A stretch of DNA of 64,000 nt from Chrysemys picta bellii (lineage: Eukaryota), in contig NC_088791.1 of the NCBI RefSeq assembly GCF_011386835.1, positions 132,184,001 to 132,248,000 on the forward strand, read 5' to 3'. Below the pieces are notes generated by a model, which worked only from the letters and a program-made list of their open reading frames with translations, searched no databases and was not told the DNA's origin. Positions 36,617 through 48,574 of this stretch are shown here, one piece after another; the first letter of the stretch is position 1; each line of letters starts with the position of its first letter. The position numbers were made by a program, and so were the translations under genes.

Positions 36617-38811
36617 CTTTCCCCAACACCCTTTGTCTGTTTTGTCCACCTTATGTGGCCTGTCTGACCCTCATTCTGTAAGCTGTCTGCCACAGGGCTC
36701 TTTTGTTTGGTATCTCTCTATACAGCATAAAGCCTAGTAGAGCCCTGATCCTTGTTTGGGGTTTATAGGCATTACCCTAATTCAGCTGTTCTACAACTGT
36801 GGGTTGAGACCCCAAAGTGGGTTGGGACCCCATTTTAATGGGCTCACCAGGGCTGGCTTAGACTTGCTGGAGCCAAAGCCTGAGCCCCACTGCCTGAAGC
36901 AGAAGCCTGAGGGCTTCAGCCCTGGGCAGCAGGGCTTAGGTTACAGGCCCCCTGCCTTGGGCTGAAGCCACTGAGATTTGACTTTGGGCCCCCTGCCCAG
37001 GGTGGTGGAGCTTGGGCAGGCTCAGGCTTTGGTTCCCACCTACTGGGGTCATGTAGTAATTTTTGTTGCCGGGGGGGGGGGGGGGTGTTGCAATGAAGTC
37101 TGAGAACCCCTGCCCTAATTCAAATAACAATCTCTTTTTATTATAAATATATCTGTGCTGGGGGGATACTGCTGCACACAATGCCAACTACACTGAGGCC
37201 TTGTGGTGGGAAAGGGAGACATAGGGAGATCTCAGTTGCTCTGTAGTCAGAGATAGTTAAGGATGTGATAGTGCTGTGAGAAATGGAGGCAGGAGGCCAC
37301 TTGAAACATGGGCTCAAAAACAAGGGAGGAATATAGCCTGAGATGAGAGTGGTTCCTTTCCATACAGTCTGTACTGGCTAGCAAGTTTCATAGAAGATCA
37401 GGGCTGGAAGGGACCTCAGGAGGTCATCTAGTCCACCCCCCTGCTCAAAGCAGGACCAATCCCCAACTGGTCCTCTCAAGGATTGAACTCACAACCCTGG
37501 GTTTAGCAGGCCAATGCTCAAACCACTGAGCTATCCCTACCCTAGTTTCCTGTGGTTCCTCAGTCACAAGTCTCCTGTCTGTTGCAAAAATATGTGCCAC
37601 AGCTAGCAAAATAGAAAGAATGAGAGACTTTTCCCCTGGCGTCACCGAACCAGGGTGTTTCATCCACAGAACTATGGCTACTTAGAAAGTGGTCTGCCTT
37701 AGTCCTTGTGACACCAACCAGCAGCTACCGTATTAGCAGGTAGGGAAAATACATGAATAAGAGGGAACTAGCTCCACCTAAAGTTTCTGCTATACTGAAT
37801 TGAGACGTTAATCCCTTACCATCATGCTTGGGCATCACATTTACCCCTTCCCAGTCTTGGCAACCCTAAGTGTTCAAAATAATTACTCGTGCCCCAAAAG
37901 TGATGAGGCTGGCTTAAAAATCATGAGATCTTAAAATAAATACATGTGGGTTCTTTTTATTTGCCATCTGGTTTCTGAGCCTTTACAGTGCATTTGGGTC
38001 ACATTTACCAACTTTTCTTTGCAACCATGAGGGCTAGAAACTAGAGCTGGTATTCAAATGGAATTTCCGTTCCCCAAGAAATTCTGACATTTGTTTGTGT
38101 CACAAATTGGGATGAAAAGTCAAAATTTTTACCTTTGTTTAACCCCCTCTTCCCTCCAAAGTTTACTGTTAATATTAATATTCATCATGATAGTTTTGTT
38201 TATGTTGTACTTGGGGCTGCCCTCTTACTAGTGCATGATGCCGGCTTCTTTCCATGTATAGTACACACCTGTATGTGTAGTATTCCTGGCACCCACAACA
38301 CAACAACTGTGCTTTGCTTCACAGCTCCTCCTGCTTCAAGGCTGGGGGGTGTCCTTGATTAACACACCTTTAAATTCCTAAAGACAATGCAGAAAAACTG
38401 TCCTGGAGTCAATGTCTCATTTTAAACAGACTTGTTTTATTTAGAAAACTTTTCTAAAAAAGCAACTGAGAAATATCCATACTAAAACCATCCCAGTACT
38501 CCTGCCTTTGGAGCCACCCAACCACGTCATGCATACACTCCATCCACCTGCACTGTGGCTTCTACACTGAAACCAGAGACGGGCTGCATGTGAGAGAAAT
38601 TCTGTGTGAAGCACGCACAATAGTATTTGGATAAATATTTTTTTAAGTCAGTGGAGCAGGAGGACTGGAGCATGGCTCTGCCACTTCCCAGGTGAGTGTG
38701 CTAACTAGTGGGCTACAGCATCAATCTCTTTCCCCAACACCCTTTGTCTGTTTTGTCCACCTTATGTGGCCTGTCTGACCCTCATTCTGTAAGCTTTCTG
38801 CCACAGGGCTC
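36617..38811. repeat. 84-bp near-identical direct duplication (36617-36700 and 38728-38811)
   Basis: ctttccccaacaccctttgtctgttttgtccaccttatgtggcctgtctgaccctcattctgtaagct(g/t)tctgccacagggctc, one mismatch. Confidence 0.9.
37386..37542 (-). mobile_element. Turtle tRNA-derived SINE (Cry type)
   Basis: Reverse complement of the SINE at 15966: ...ccctgggtttagcaggccaatgctcaaaccactgagctatccc, with CR1-like tail ggaagggacctcaggaggtcatctagtcc. Confidence 0.88.
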
Positions 38812-39394
38812 ACTGATTCTTTCATTATTTACTCCAAAGTGGAACAGCTTCAGCAGGAGACATTGAAGAAGCCTCACATAAGAATATCTCATACCTCTCA
38901 GATAGCAAATCCCTTCTCCCCCTCAGGAGGAGGATCTTGAACCAGGGCTCTCCCACATCCAGGTGAGTACTCTAATCACTAGGGTAAAAGTTATGAGAGA
39001 TACTTCTCCTCCCCCAACTTCTTGCTAAAACAGTGTAGGTGCTTAACACAAAGAGAGGGTTTGCAGCTGAGAATCCCAAGCAGAGGGAGGCATTCCCTAC
39101 AGCCAGGATTTAGGTACACCTCTCAGAGAGAAGGGTGGGGCTGAGCACACACCCCTCACCTTGGCAGCTCCCACAAGCTATTTTAGGCAAGGAACTACCT
39201 AGCATGCTGGCTTTTGTGAATCCCATTCTGAAGTGACTTTCTCTCCCCATTCATTGTATAGGGAGCCAAGGCACTTAAATCAGGCTTTGTGAATTGCAAT
39301 GATTTTCTAGGTGCCTAACAGTTAGGTGTGGCAATGCTGAGCCTACATTTCTTTGTGAATCTAGCCCAAGGAGTTCAATCTATTTAATTAATCA

Positions 39395-40070
39395 AAACAA
39401 ACAAACAAAAAGGTGAGGGTGATTTGATCACAGTCTGTGAGTACCTACATGGGGAACAGACATTTGATAAAAGAAGGCTCTTCAGTTCCTTAGGGCTTGG
39501 CTACACTCAGGACTTCCCAGCGCTGCCGTGACAGCGATGTGAAGCACAAGTGTAGTCGTGCCACCAGCACTGCAAGAGAGCTCTTGCAGCACTGTATGTA
39601 CTCCACTTCTCTCAGGGGAATAGCTTGCAGCGCTGCGAGTGAGCGTGTAGCGCTGCAGGCACTGATTACACTGGCGCTTTACAGCGCTGTACTCGCTGCG
39701 CTTAGTGGGGTGTTTTTTCACACCATTGAGCACAGTAAGTTGCAGCTCTGGCAACGCTAGTGTAGCCAAAGCCTCAGTCAACTGTATGGCAAAATCCAAA
39801 GGCTGGAAGTTGAAGCTAGATAAATTCAGACTGGAAATAAGGTCCAGTTTTTTAATGCTAAGGGTAATTATCCATTGGAACAAGTAACCAAGAGTTGTGG
39901 TAGATTCTCCATCACTGACAATTTTAAAATCAAGATTGGGTGTTTTTTCTAAGATATATGCTTTAGTTCAATCACAGCTATTGCAGCAGAAGAAGGAATT
40001 AGTTCAGGGAATTCCTATGGCCTGTATTATGCAGGAGATCAGACAAGGTGATCACAATGGTCATTACTTG
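39395..40070 (+). mobile_element. CR1 3' fragment interrupted by a Harbinger MITE (about 39493-39774)
   Basis: ggctggaagttgaagctagataaattcagactggaaataagg...ccattggaacaagtaacc is CR1. The MITE ends are gggcttggctacact / agtgtagccaaagcc. Confidence 0.75.
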
Positions 40071-41390
40071 CCTTAATCCCCAATTAATCCCACTGAAGTG
40101 ATAGAATAGAGGTTCATACCATGAGTAAAGGGTATCAGAATCTGGCCCTGATTGAATGAATAAACTGTAGATGGAGGCTATTTCAATGAGGTGGCAAACA
40201 GGTGAACCCACAAAAAATGGACAGTTCATACCTCCCCCAGCTTCTTGCTAAAACAGTGTAGGTGCTTAGCACCAAAAATTGCTGGAAGAGGTGCTTGAAA
40301 TCAGCTGCTTTCTAGAGGTTTTATGGATCAGGTAGGAGGGGCCAGTGCAAGAGAACCATGGAGGTTTTCCAGCAACAAGGGGGAGATGGTGTGAGACACT
40401 TTTGCCAGGAGCAAGTCCTGACCCACTAGAAACCCTGACAAGCCCAAATCTGTGGACTCCCCCCATCAGATACAGAAGTTAATTTGACACGCACACATTT
40501 TGTAAATTAACTATTAACACTTCTCTAGTTTTAATAATTCAAGAAAACCCCTTACCAACAAATAAAGCCACTATAGTAGTAGTAATTTAAACAAGTGTTT
40601 AATACAAGAAAATTTAGCAATTACTAAGAGCTGGCTTCACTGAACAACAGTCATTATTGACAGCTAACTCACATGGGGAGGAGTGTTTTTAGAGAGAGGA
40701 AGGTGTTGATATTTCATAGAAATAGAAGGGTGGCATTTTTAATGTATTTGAGGAACACATCATGGTCCACAAGACCCTCCAGAGATCAGGATGAGAAAGA
40801 ATGGCTTCATTTCATGCAACAATGCCTCCTTCTGGCCAATGTACAAAATGTGGTGGTGTTTTTTTAGTGGAATCCAGAAGGGACATCTTACACAGCCATT
40901 CTTATTTAGATGGATGATGAAATGAATTGAAGGCGACCAGGGTAAAGTCAGAGGTGGGTAAATGTGGAGTGTGGGAAAGAATAGAGGGGATCATCAGTGA
41001 GAATTCAAGAAGGTGGTAGAGGAATGCTGTGGAAATTAGTTGGGTATGTTTTTCCTATACTGAAAGGATTAAGGCTCCTCTGAAAATCCCACTCTAAGAG
41101 CTAGGTATCCAACTCCCATTGAATTTGAATGGGACTCAGGTGCCAAATTCCCATTCTAATTCAATGGGAGTTGGGTGCCTAATTCCCTTAGGCACCTTTG
41201 AAAATCCTAGCCTACATGTACTTGCAGCCAGCACTCTCTGTATGCTCAGGAACAGTTTGTAAAGTCCTTTACAAGGAGCATAGGTCAAAGGAATGGGAAG
41301 GACTAAAACCAACCCTCTTCATGCTCTGATGGTAGAAGTCATTATGTGGATGATTCAGAGAAAGCAGAAAAGCCCCTCCTCCTGGTGCCA

Positions 41391-41835
41391 TCAGCTGTAC
41401 AGCACCACAGGGTCAGAGAGGAGCTTGTAGTGGATAAGAAAGTAGGGGTAGCACTGGAAGTTGTCAAAGGCCACGTACACCTGGGGCTTGGTCACACTAT
41501 TGACACAAGAGTCATAGAGTTGCCCACCAGGCTCCTGTTCTGGGGGCCGGCGATAATGTGCTCTCCCAGCCACAGTCTTGCCCACCAAAACCTTGGCCAG
41601 GAACATGTAGCGCATCCCACCTTTCTTTGCACGGGAGTATCTGTTTGAATAGTCTGCTCTTAATGAGAAATAAATGCCCTGGCCAAAAATAGGGCTGTGC
41701 TGTTCCGGGAGGAACTGGCTGAAGTTTGTCTTGCAAATGGGCTCCACACTTCTGGCTGAGGTTCCAAAGAAGAGGTGCTTCTCCAGGTGTTGTTTCTCAA
41801 GCTTTGTTCTTCCCCAAGTCATGAATTTTTTCCGG
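41391..41835 (-). CDS. TIPARP-like: TIPARP-like gene, terminal exon (PARP catalytic domain, His replaced by Phe)
   Basis: Acceptor ctcccaattcag|c (phase 2). RKKFM...EKHLFFGTS...ICKTNF...FGQGIYFS...YS...YMFLAKVLVGK...RRPP...LYDSCVN...PQVYVAFDNFQCYPYFLIHY-stop at 41391. Confidence 0.92.
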
Positions 41836-42429
41836 CTGAATTGGGAGCAAAGAAGAAACAGAAGAAGGTTAGAGTCTCTGCCCTGAGGGGATGATGCTGA
41901 AGTTCCACAGGGAGACCATGAAGAGTAATCTCTCCCATCCATCCCTCAACTCTTACTTATGCAAAAGATAAGTAGCACAATCTTGAATTCCAGGGAACTA
42001 GGGTTCAGTCTCTTGCTTTCCAACTGAGAATTCAGAAGCACTCAAATAAACATCTACCCACAAAATCCATGCCTTAACACACTAATTAAGCCATCATGGA
42101 TGGATACATGCAACAATACACACTCATAGATGAATGCACCATCCAGTAATGCACAACTGTTCACTCACCAAATCAATATGCACAATTTATACCTACAGCA
42201 GAGCACTAGGATTCACCCAGTGCAGAGATAAGCACACTCTGGTGTAGATGAAGCAACCAATTAATGCACAAGGAAGTACCTATTAATGAACAAATATGTT
42301 TGCTTTAGTGCACTGGGACCCACAGTTCAAAGCAATAGTAGTAAGATTTTTGCTGTCAGTCTCTGAGCGTAGCAGGAACCAAAGACTAGAGGACTGATAA
42401 TAGTATTCCTATTCACAAGGAAAGAAAGA

Positions 42430-42725
42430 TGGTCCAGTGCTTAGGGTACTAGTCTCAGACTGTGGACTTGCTCTGCCACATACTTCCTGTATGATGTTGG
42501 AGAAATCATTTAGGCCAAGATCCACAAAGGTAATTAGGCCCCTACCTTCCACTGAAATCAGTGGCAGCTAAGAAACTAAATATCTTTGTGGATCAGGGCC
42601 TCAGTTCCCCATCTACAAAATGTGAATAATAGCACTTGACTGCCTCACAGGGATGTTGTGAGGATAAATACATTAAAAATAGTGATGTGCTCAAATACTG
42701 TGGTGATGGGGACCACATAAGTATC
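42430..42725 (+). mobile_element. MIR/CORE-SINE
   Basis: ctcagttccccatctacaaaatgtgaataatagcacttgactgcctcacagggatgttgtgaggataaa is the MIR core. Confidence 0.7.
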
Positions 42726-42968
42726 TAGGAAACTGGGACACTCTATTAACACAATGGGTTCTGTGGCGCTAGCGCTGGGATTCACACTCCTATCCTTTGA
42801 TGGCATTGGCATTCACAGTCCCTGCCTCTGTGTGTAGGAGCCACACCCTATAGCTCCACATTCATATTCCCAACCTCTGAGGATGGTGGGATGCTTAACC
42901 CTGGGCACCAGCACTGCAATTCACACTCCAAGGCTGTTGTCTCTAACTACATCCACTTCTCTTTTTAC

Positions 42969-43238
42969 TTGGTATATCTTTGCCAGAGATCTTCATTCCG
43001 GATCCTGTAAATTGCCAGCACCAGGACCTCATCCTCTGGAAGAGACTGGTGGAAGAGAACACAAGTAGAGCGGTATGCAGCTTCTGATGGCATCACCTCC
43101 ATTTGCAGGAAAGCCTGATCAACAGTTGGCTGTGGAATCCAAGCAGCAGGGTATGGACCATAGTAACCATCCATGGGATCTTCCCCAGGGATGTCATGAG
43201 TAGGACAGGAGGGTATACTGGCTTTACTTGGTATCATC
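42969..43238 (-). CDS. TIPARP-like: TIPARP-like exon 4 of 5 (PARP regulatory/N-terminal part)
   Basis: ctccttag|g ... accaa|gtaaaa (phase 2-2). ...GPYPAAWIPQP...EAAYRSTCVLFHQSLPE...IYRIRNEDLWQRYT parallels TIPARP YPETW...KSYRIIYNLFHKTVPE...ILRVQNQFLWEKY. Confidence 0.9.
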
Positions 43239-43325
43239 CTAAGGAGATAACGAGAGGGGAACATTTATTTTCCTACATGCTGTTGAAATGCCTGTAGGAG
43301 CATTGTTGCCAGTAGAGTCACGTAC

Positions 43326-43513
43326 TGCAGGTATGGCATCATACTGAGGAGTGATCGGTAGGAAGGCCGGCGCTGGATGTGGCGAACGTATCCCCGTTCC
43401 ATGTTATGTTGCACAAACCTCTTCAAATCCACGCTGTAGTGCTTGCCCCGGAGCTCGAAGTTGTGCAATTCCTTGTCCTCCTCAAAGGCAGAGAGGAGAT
43501 CACTGAAGATGGG
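43326..43513 (-). CDS. TIPARP-like: TIPARP-like exon 3 of 5 (second WWE, C-terminal half)
   Basis: ctcag|ccc ... ctgca|gtacgt (phase 0-2). PIFSDLLSAFEED...FELRGKHYSVDLKRFVQHNMERGYVRHIQRRPSYRSLLSMMPYLQ. Confidence 0.9.
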
Positions 43514-43805
43514 CTGAGCTCAGAGAGAATAAGAGGTGGGGATATGATGTTAGGATAAACAGGATAAAGGGAAAAATCAGGTATGCCTCCACTGTGCTCC
43601 CTCAATAGCACTCTAGCATTTCATTGGAGAAATGCCACCCCATGCTTTCTGGGAGTTTGAGGGCAGTCAGTCTGCATACAGATGCTCAGTCTCTCTTCAC
43701 CCACTTGCTTCTCCTTTAGTCATGGCTCTCTCCTATTATCATCATTCCTTTGCTTTTGCTACATTCCCCAACACTTTCAAATCTGTCTTCATCCATCCCC
43801 TTCTT

Positions 43806-44472
43806 AGGGTATGTCTGCACTACAAGTGCTACAGTGGCACATCTGCGGTGCTGCTGCAACCCCGCTGCAGTGTAGACACTTGTTACAGCAAAGAAGGCGT
43901 TTTCTGTCACTGTAGTAAATCCTCCCCCTTGAGAGCAGAATTGTTCTGTCAACTATCGGTGTCTACACCAGGGCTTAGGCTGGCTTCACTAAGTCTCTCA
44001 GGGGGGTGTATTTTTAACACCTCCTGGGTGATGTAACTAGGTCAACCTACGTTTTAGGCATAGACCAAGATTAACACAACATTCTCTTGGCCCTCACACT
44101 CCAACCTCTGCCCTGTTTCTAACCTTCCCTTTCTCAGCAAACTGCTGAAGAAATCAGCACTCATCTCTCCAACCATCTCTTCGGCCATGTCTACACTACC
44201 ACTTATCTCGGCAAAACTTATGTTGCTCAGGGGTGTGAAAAAAGCATCCCCCCAAGCGACATAAGTTTCGCCGGCATAGTGTACACAGCGCTATGTCAGC
44301 GAAAGAGTTTCCCCCGCCAACATAGCTATCCCCCACTCATTGGGGATGGTTTAATTACATCGACGGGAGAGCTCTCTCCTGTTGGCATAGAGCAGCTACA
44401 CAAGAGATCTTACAGCAGCACAGTTGCAATGGTACAGCTGTGCCGCTATAAGCTCTCTAGTGTAGACATGGC
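43806..44472. mobile_element. Two Harbinger-type MITEs (about 43806-44070 and 44184-44472)
   Basis: Ends gggtatgtctgcact...gtagacc and ggccatgtctacact...agtgtagacatggcc. A further copy lies at about 49365-49510. Confidence 0.7.
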
Positions 44473-45994
44473 CTTATTCAAGAACATCTTTGTCTATTTT
44501 TTATCTGGGCTTCCCTCTGGCCAGAGCAGAGGAGCAACTCCTCTCTAGGCAGCAAAAAAACCCACCCACCCTCCAAAACACCCTAATTTCTGCTGCCTGT
44601 GCTTTCATCAGCCGTATTGTCAGAGCAACATTTAACATTGTAGAACTGTATTCTCTGCTATGCAGACATCTCTGGTTCCCTCCTGTCATGGTTCCACTCC
44701 TATCCATGGAGCTGTGCTCTTGCTCTCTCACTGATGACAGCTACCACTTTGTGCCATGGCCCCTTATGCCCGGAATCCCACCAGCCTTAGTTCTCAGCCC
44801 ACTGCTCTCTCCTATCTGCCGTCGGCTCTTCCAGTCTCCCTCTCTACAGTGAGAGGGTTGTTGTACCCCTGACCCTTGCTTTGAAAACAGTGAGGCCATG
44901 GTTAGAAAAAAAACCAATATAAATATGATTTAAAAATTATTGGGGGAGAAAAGATTTAGGGGTTTCTGGAAGCTCTCCTCCGCTAGCTAATGTAAACCCA
45001 GTCCCTGGGCTCTGAGAAGGAGCCCCCTTAGGAATCCCTCAGGAAGAGGTCACAGTGAGAAGCTCCTCAGCAGCTCTGGAGAAGGAGGTGCCTGTACCAG
45101 CCCCTTGCTCCTTCCTCCATAACAACAGCAGGAGGTAGGGCAGGACAGCATCAAGCACTCCTCACCCTGAATATCCTGCATTAATAAGGTCAGGACCAGC
45201 ACTAATGTCTCTTCCTCCTGATACTCAGCAAGAAGAGAGGGAGCAGGTGAGCAGGCACTCCCAGAGATTGATGAGCAGGAGGTGTGGGAGTAGCAGGGGC
45301 TGGGAACAGCCCTCCTTCACACCATTTATGTGCTAGTCCAGGTGTATGTGGGACACATGGGACAAGCACCCTACAACTGTTACAGCTGCTGAAGGGTAAA
45401 GGGAAGGAGAAGGAAGTCAGCAGCTTTGGGAATGACAGCAATATAACAATATAGCAATATCCTGGCCTCCTGGATCATGGCTTTCCTGCCCATCCTCCCA
45501 CCCCCCACTGAAGAGGCAGGGTCTGCTTGGGCAGCCCTTTGATCTACCAAAAGAGAGGAGGGGAAATGAAGGCAATGTCTGCCGAGCCCCTGGCTATGGG
45601 GCTTTGTAGGGGTGCATGTAATCTGGGTCTAGCAGCAGCCAGTCTGTAAAAGGACAGCTTTGTGTCTCTCTGTTTTGGGTTCTTTTTTGTTATCATTCTG
45701 AATTCTAAGAAATAAAGTGTTTGATTGCAACCTTCCAGAAAGAGTATTTATGCTTTTATCTAACTTCTCTATGTGTATGCCACGAACTCTTGGCCTCTTC
45801 AGTCTCACTAGAGTCAACACAACAGCTTTCTCTTCTGCAGCTCCTGGTGGCTGGACGAGCCTTTCTGCAGTTACTCCCCTCACCAATCCTGTGTAATTGC
45901 ATTTATCGCAGTGGAGCATTATTTGAGGAGACAGCTCACATGAAAGACAGTAGCCAAAACATCATACCATGAGGTCTCATCCTCTTTCCCTCAC

Positions 45995-46166
45995 CTCCTC
46001 GTATTTTATCCATTTATCACCATTTTTCCAAAACACTGCCCACTGTGTGGGGAAATGGGGGTTCTGCTGTGGATCGCAGGTGTTGGAAAGACGCCTCGCT
46101 TTGTCATAGGTCTCAGAGGTTATCACTTCCAAGGAAGTCAGGGCAAGTTTCCCAGAAGAATTATTG
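45995..46166 (-). CDS. TIPARP-like: TIPARP-like exon 2 of 5 (end of WWE1, start of WWE2)
   Basis: ttttctcatag|c ... gag|gtgagg (phase 2-0). NNSSGKLALTSLEVITSETYDKARRLSNT...FPTQWAVFWKNGDKWIKYEE. Confidence 0.9.
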
Positions 46167-46621
46167 CTATGAGAAAAAATAAATAAATACATAGTTATAA
46201 GCATGTGTACTGCTGGGAGAGTGAGCCTGCGGTAGCGGCAATCTCCCTAAGGCAGTACTCCTCCACCATCCCCTATAATGCCCTCCCCTGGGAGAGACAG
46301 GGACTGGAGAAACTATGTATTCCTCACAGCCAGTGCCACCATTCTGTTCAGCACCTCCAGCTGAGAGTGGCTAGCATTGGAGCATAGCTGGGAGCTCTCC
46401 ACAGCCGGAGGTCCTTCACCATTCCCTAGAGTTCCTCCAGTAAGGGAAGACTCAACCTGTGCTAGAACAACTAGAAATCTGCCCCATTCCCTTCCTTGTC
46501 TCCTACTGTACAAGGCTAGGACCTGTGTTGAAGTGATCTCACTGCAGCTAGTTCTCTTGTGCTGTTCTTTACAGTACCTCCTGCTGGGAAATGCTGGGGC
46601 TGGAATTTTTCCATCACTTAC

Positions 46622-46905
46622 TTGTCCAAAAAATGAGCATGACTTTTGTTAACATTGCAGTAAAGATTTTCCAGGTGCCGCTGAGCTGAGTCACTCAAAC
46701 TCTGCCAGGCTTTGTTGTCGCTCCGCCTTAACTGCCAGTGGTAAGGATAGCGAGTGTGGTGGAGTGGGCAGCCAGCTCCTTCAGGACAGTTTCCTAGAAG
46801 GAAGTGATCACAGATTCTGATCCCATCTGCCTGATGGATATGGAACTGGGCCCCATCTTCACTGGCTAAGTGCTCTGGAGACCTCCTCTCATTCTGTAAA
46901 TCCAT
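46622..46905 (-). CDS. TIPARP-like: TIPARP-like first coding segment (CCCH finger and WWE1)
   Basis: ATG at 46905. HIHQADGIRICDHFLLGNCPEGAGCPLHHTRYPYHWQLRRSDNKAWQSLSDSAQRHLENLYCN closely matches the TIPARP CCCH-WWE. Donor aa|gtaagt (phase 2). The exon probably starts at acceptor 47025. The five exons total 1359 nt = 452 aa plus stop. Confidence 0.88.
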
Positions 46906-48058
46906 TGAGAAGACAATGCTATTTGTGTTCTTAGGAACTGGTTTCCCACTGGCTGAAGAAGCTCTCAGATCTCAAGGGCAGTGGAGTTGTAAAGAGCAGT
47001 TCAGTTCTTTGGAGGAACCCAACTCCTGGGAGAAAAATGGGGAAATTTAGTGAGGCAGGAAGCTGGCCGGAATGCAGAGCTTCCTACACAGGACAACTTT
47101 CTTTAGTGCTTCTCAATCCAGGCACATTGGACCACGTCTTCAAAAGTATTTAGATGCCATTGAAATCAACGGGACTTAGGCACTTAAATACCTTTGAGGA
47201 TCCGGGACAGATCCCCCAATAACTGGGCACTTGTCTTTGGCATTTTCTGCCCTCCCCAGCTGTAGCCCATGCCCCCAGGACTTTCTCCCCAATGGCAAAC
47301 CTTTCCTACTATGTGAGTCTCATGGATAGCCACTGCCCTTCCTCACATAGCTATCATCTCCTGCAAAATAAAACCAGCAGCTGGTGCAGTAAAGGGGAGT
47401 ACGATACTCCTCTGATTCTTTTGTGCTTGCTCTCTCTAGACTTTCCCACCACCTAGAGGTTCCCGCTCAGATTTATGTGCAGTGTCTTTGTCTCTAGTTT
47501 CTTCTTTTCACTTTCTCCTTTGCTCCAGTGGGAAGTGGATTCCAGACTTTCGCAGGAACCCAACTCCTGGAGGCATGAAGCTGTTCTGTGTGCGGATCCC
47601 TAGGGCTAGATTCTGGGCTGTGCCTCCAGAGAGGTGTTGTACAGAAAGCATAGTTATAGGGAATGGAATGGCCCTCAGCATAAAGTACAGGAATCCTAGC
47701 AGCTGCTATAATTTACCCCAACAATCCTGGAGCCCAGAATCCTCAAACCCCTCCCACTTCCAGCACAGCCCCTACATCGAAGCTTGCACTAGGAGAATGC
47801 TCCCTGGTCTATCACAGTCACTATACACTGCCTTAAGGGCATACAGTGGTCAGGGTGGGGACCAAAATCTGGACCCTAGTCCTCAACACCCATACACCTG
47901 TTACAGAGCCCCTTCCCCGGGCTTCATACCTTACAAACAAACACTGCTCTTCTCAAGGGATCATCCTCTCCTGAGCTTTACCTCTCGCAGTGGGATCCAA
48001 GCTCTACCCTGGCCTGACATCCCCTTTCCCCACCCCCACCCCACGTTTCTGAGGGTAA

Positions 48059-48073
48059 GTGGGAAATTCCCAC
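48059..48073. promoter_or_regulatory. Consensus NF-kB site upstream of a candidate first exon (donor gag|gtaaag at 47982/47981, - strand) of the TIPARP-like gene
   Basis: gtGGGAAATTCCCac, a near-perfect palindromic kB element about 80 nt upstream of the donor. Confidence 0.45.
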
Positions 48074-48574
48074 CCCCAGGGCAGTGGGGGTGGGAGGAGA
48101 AGTTAATTTCGTCGGTCTCCAGTCCCTCTCTGAGATCCTTTGATCCTCCCCACTAACTCCTGGGGCCAGCTGGTTTGGGAGAGTTACATGCTGACCAACC
48201 CAGGGCTCAGTCCCCTCCTCTCTCTGCCTCTGGAATAAACCAGGCGTTAAACCCTCACGGCAGTTGAACAGTCACCCCTGGCATTCCAGGCTCATCCCCA
48301 GGGCAGGGATACTTGTCAATCCAGTTTGCACAGCTGGGTGTAGACCACCCCTATGTTTCATGCCACTCCAATCTGCATACAGTGACCGGCAAAGCCCCTA
48401 TCCAAGAGTCAACCTGTTTCCCTCCAACTCACTCAGTCCTTCCACAGTGGGACTCCCGTAACTTTGTTGTAAGCTCCTTGCAGTAGGGACTGTCTTCCTA
48501 TGTGCTTTCACAGCACCTCCCGCAATAGGTCCCTAATCCCGATTGGGTCCTTTGGGAATGACAGCAATATAACA

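Noticed and set aside
47482-48156. 224-aa + strand ORF antisense to the TIPARP-like 5' region
   Set aside because: Non-ATG start, Pro/Ser-rich, no recognisable domain and no splice context; likely a chance or shadow ORF.
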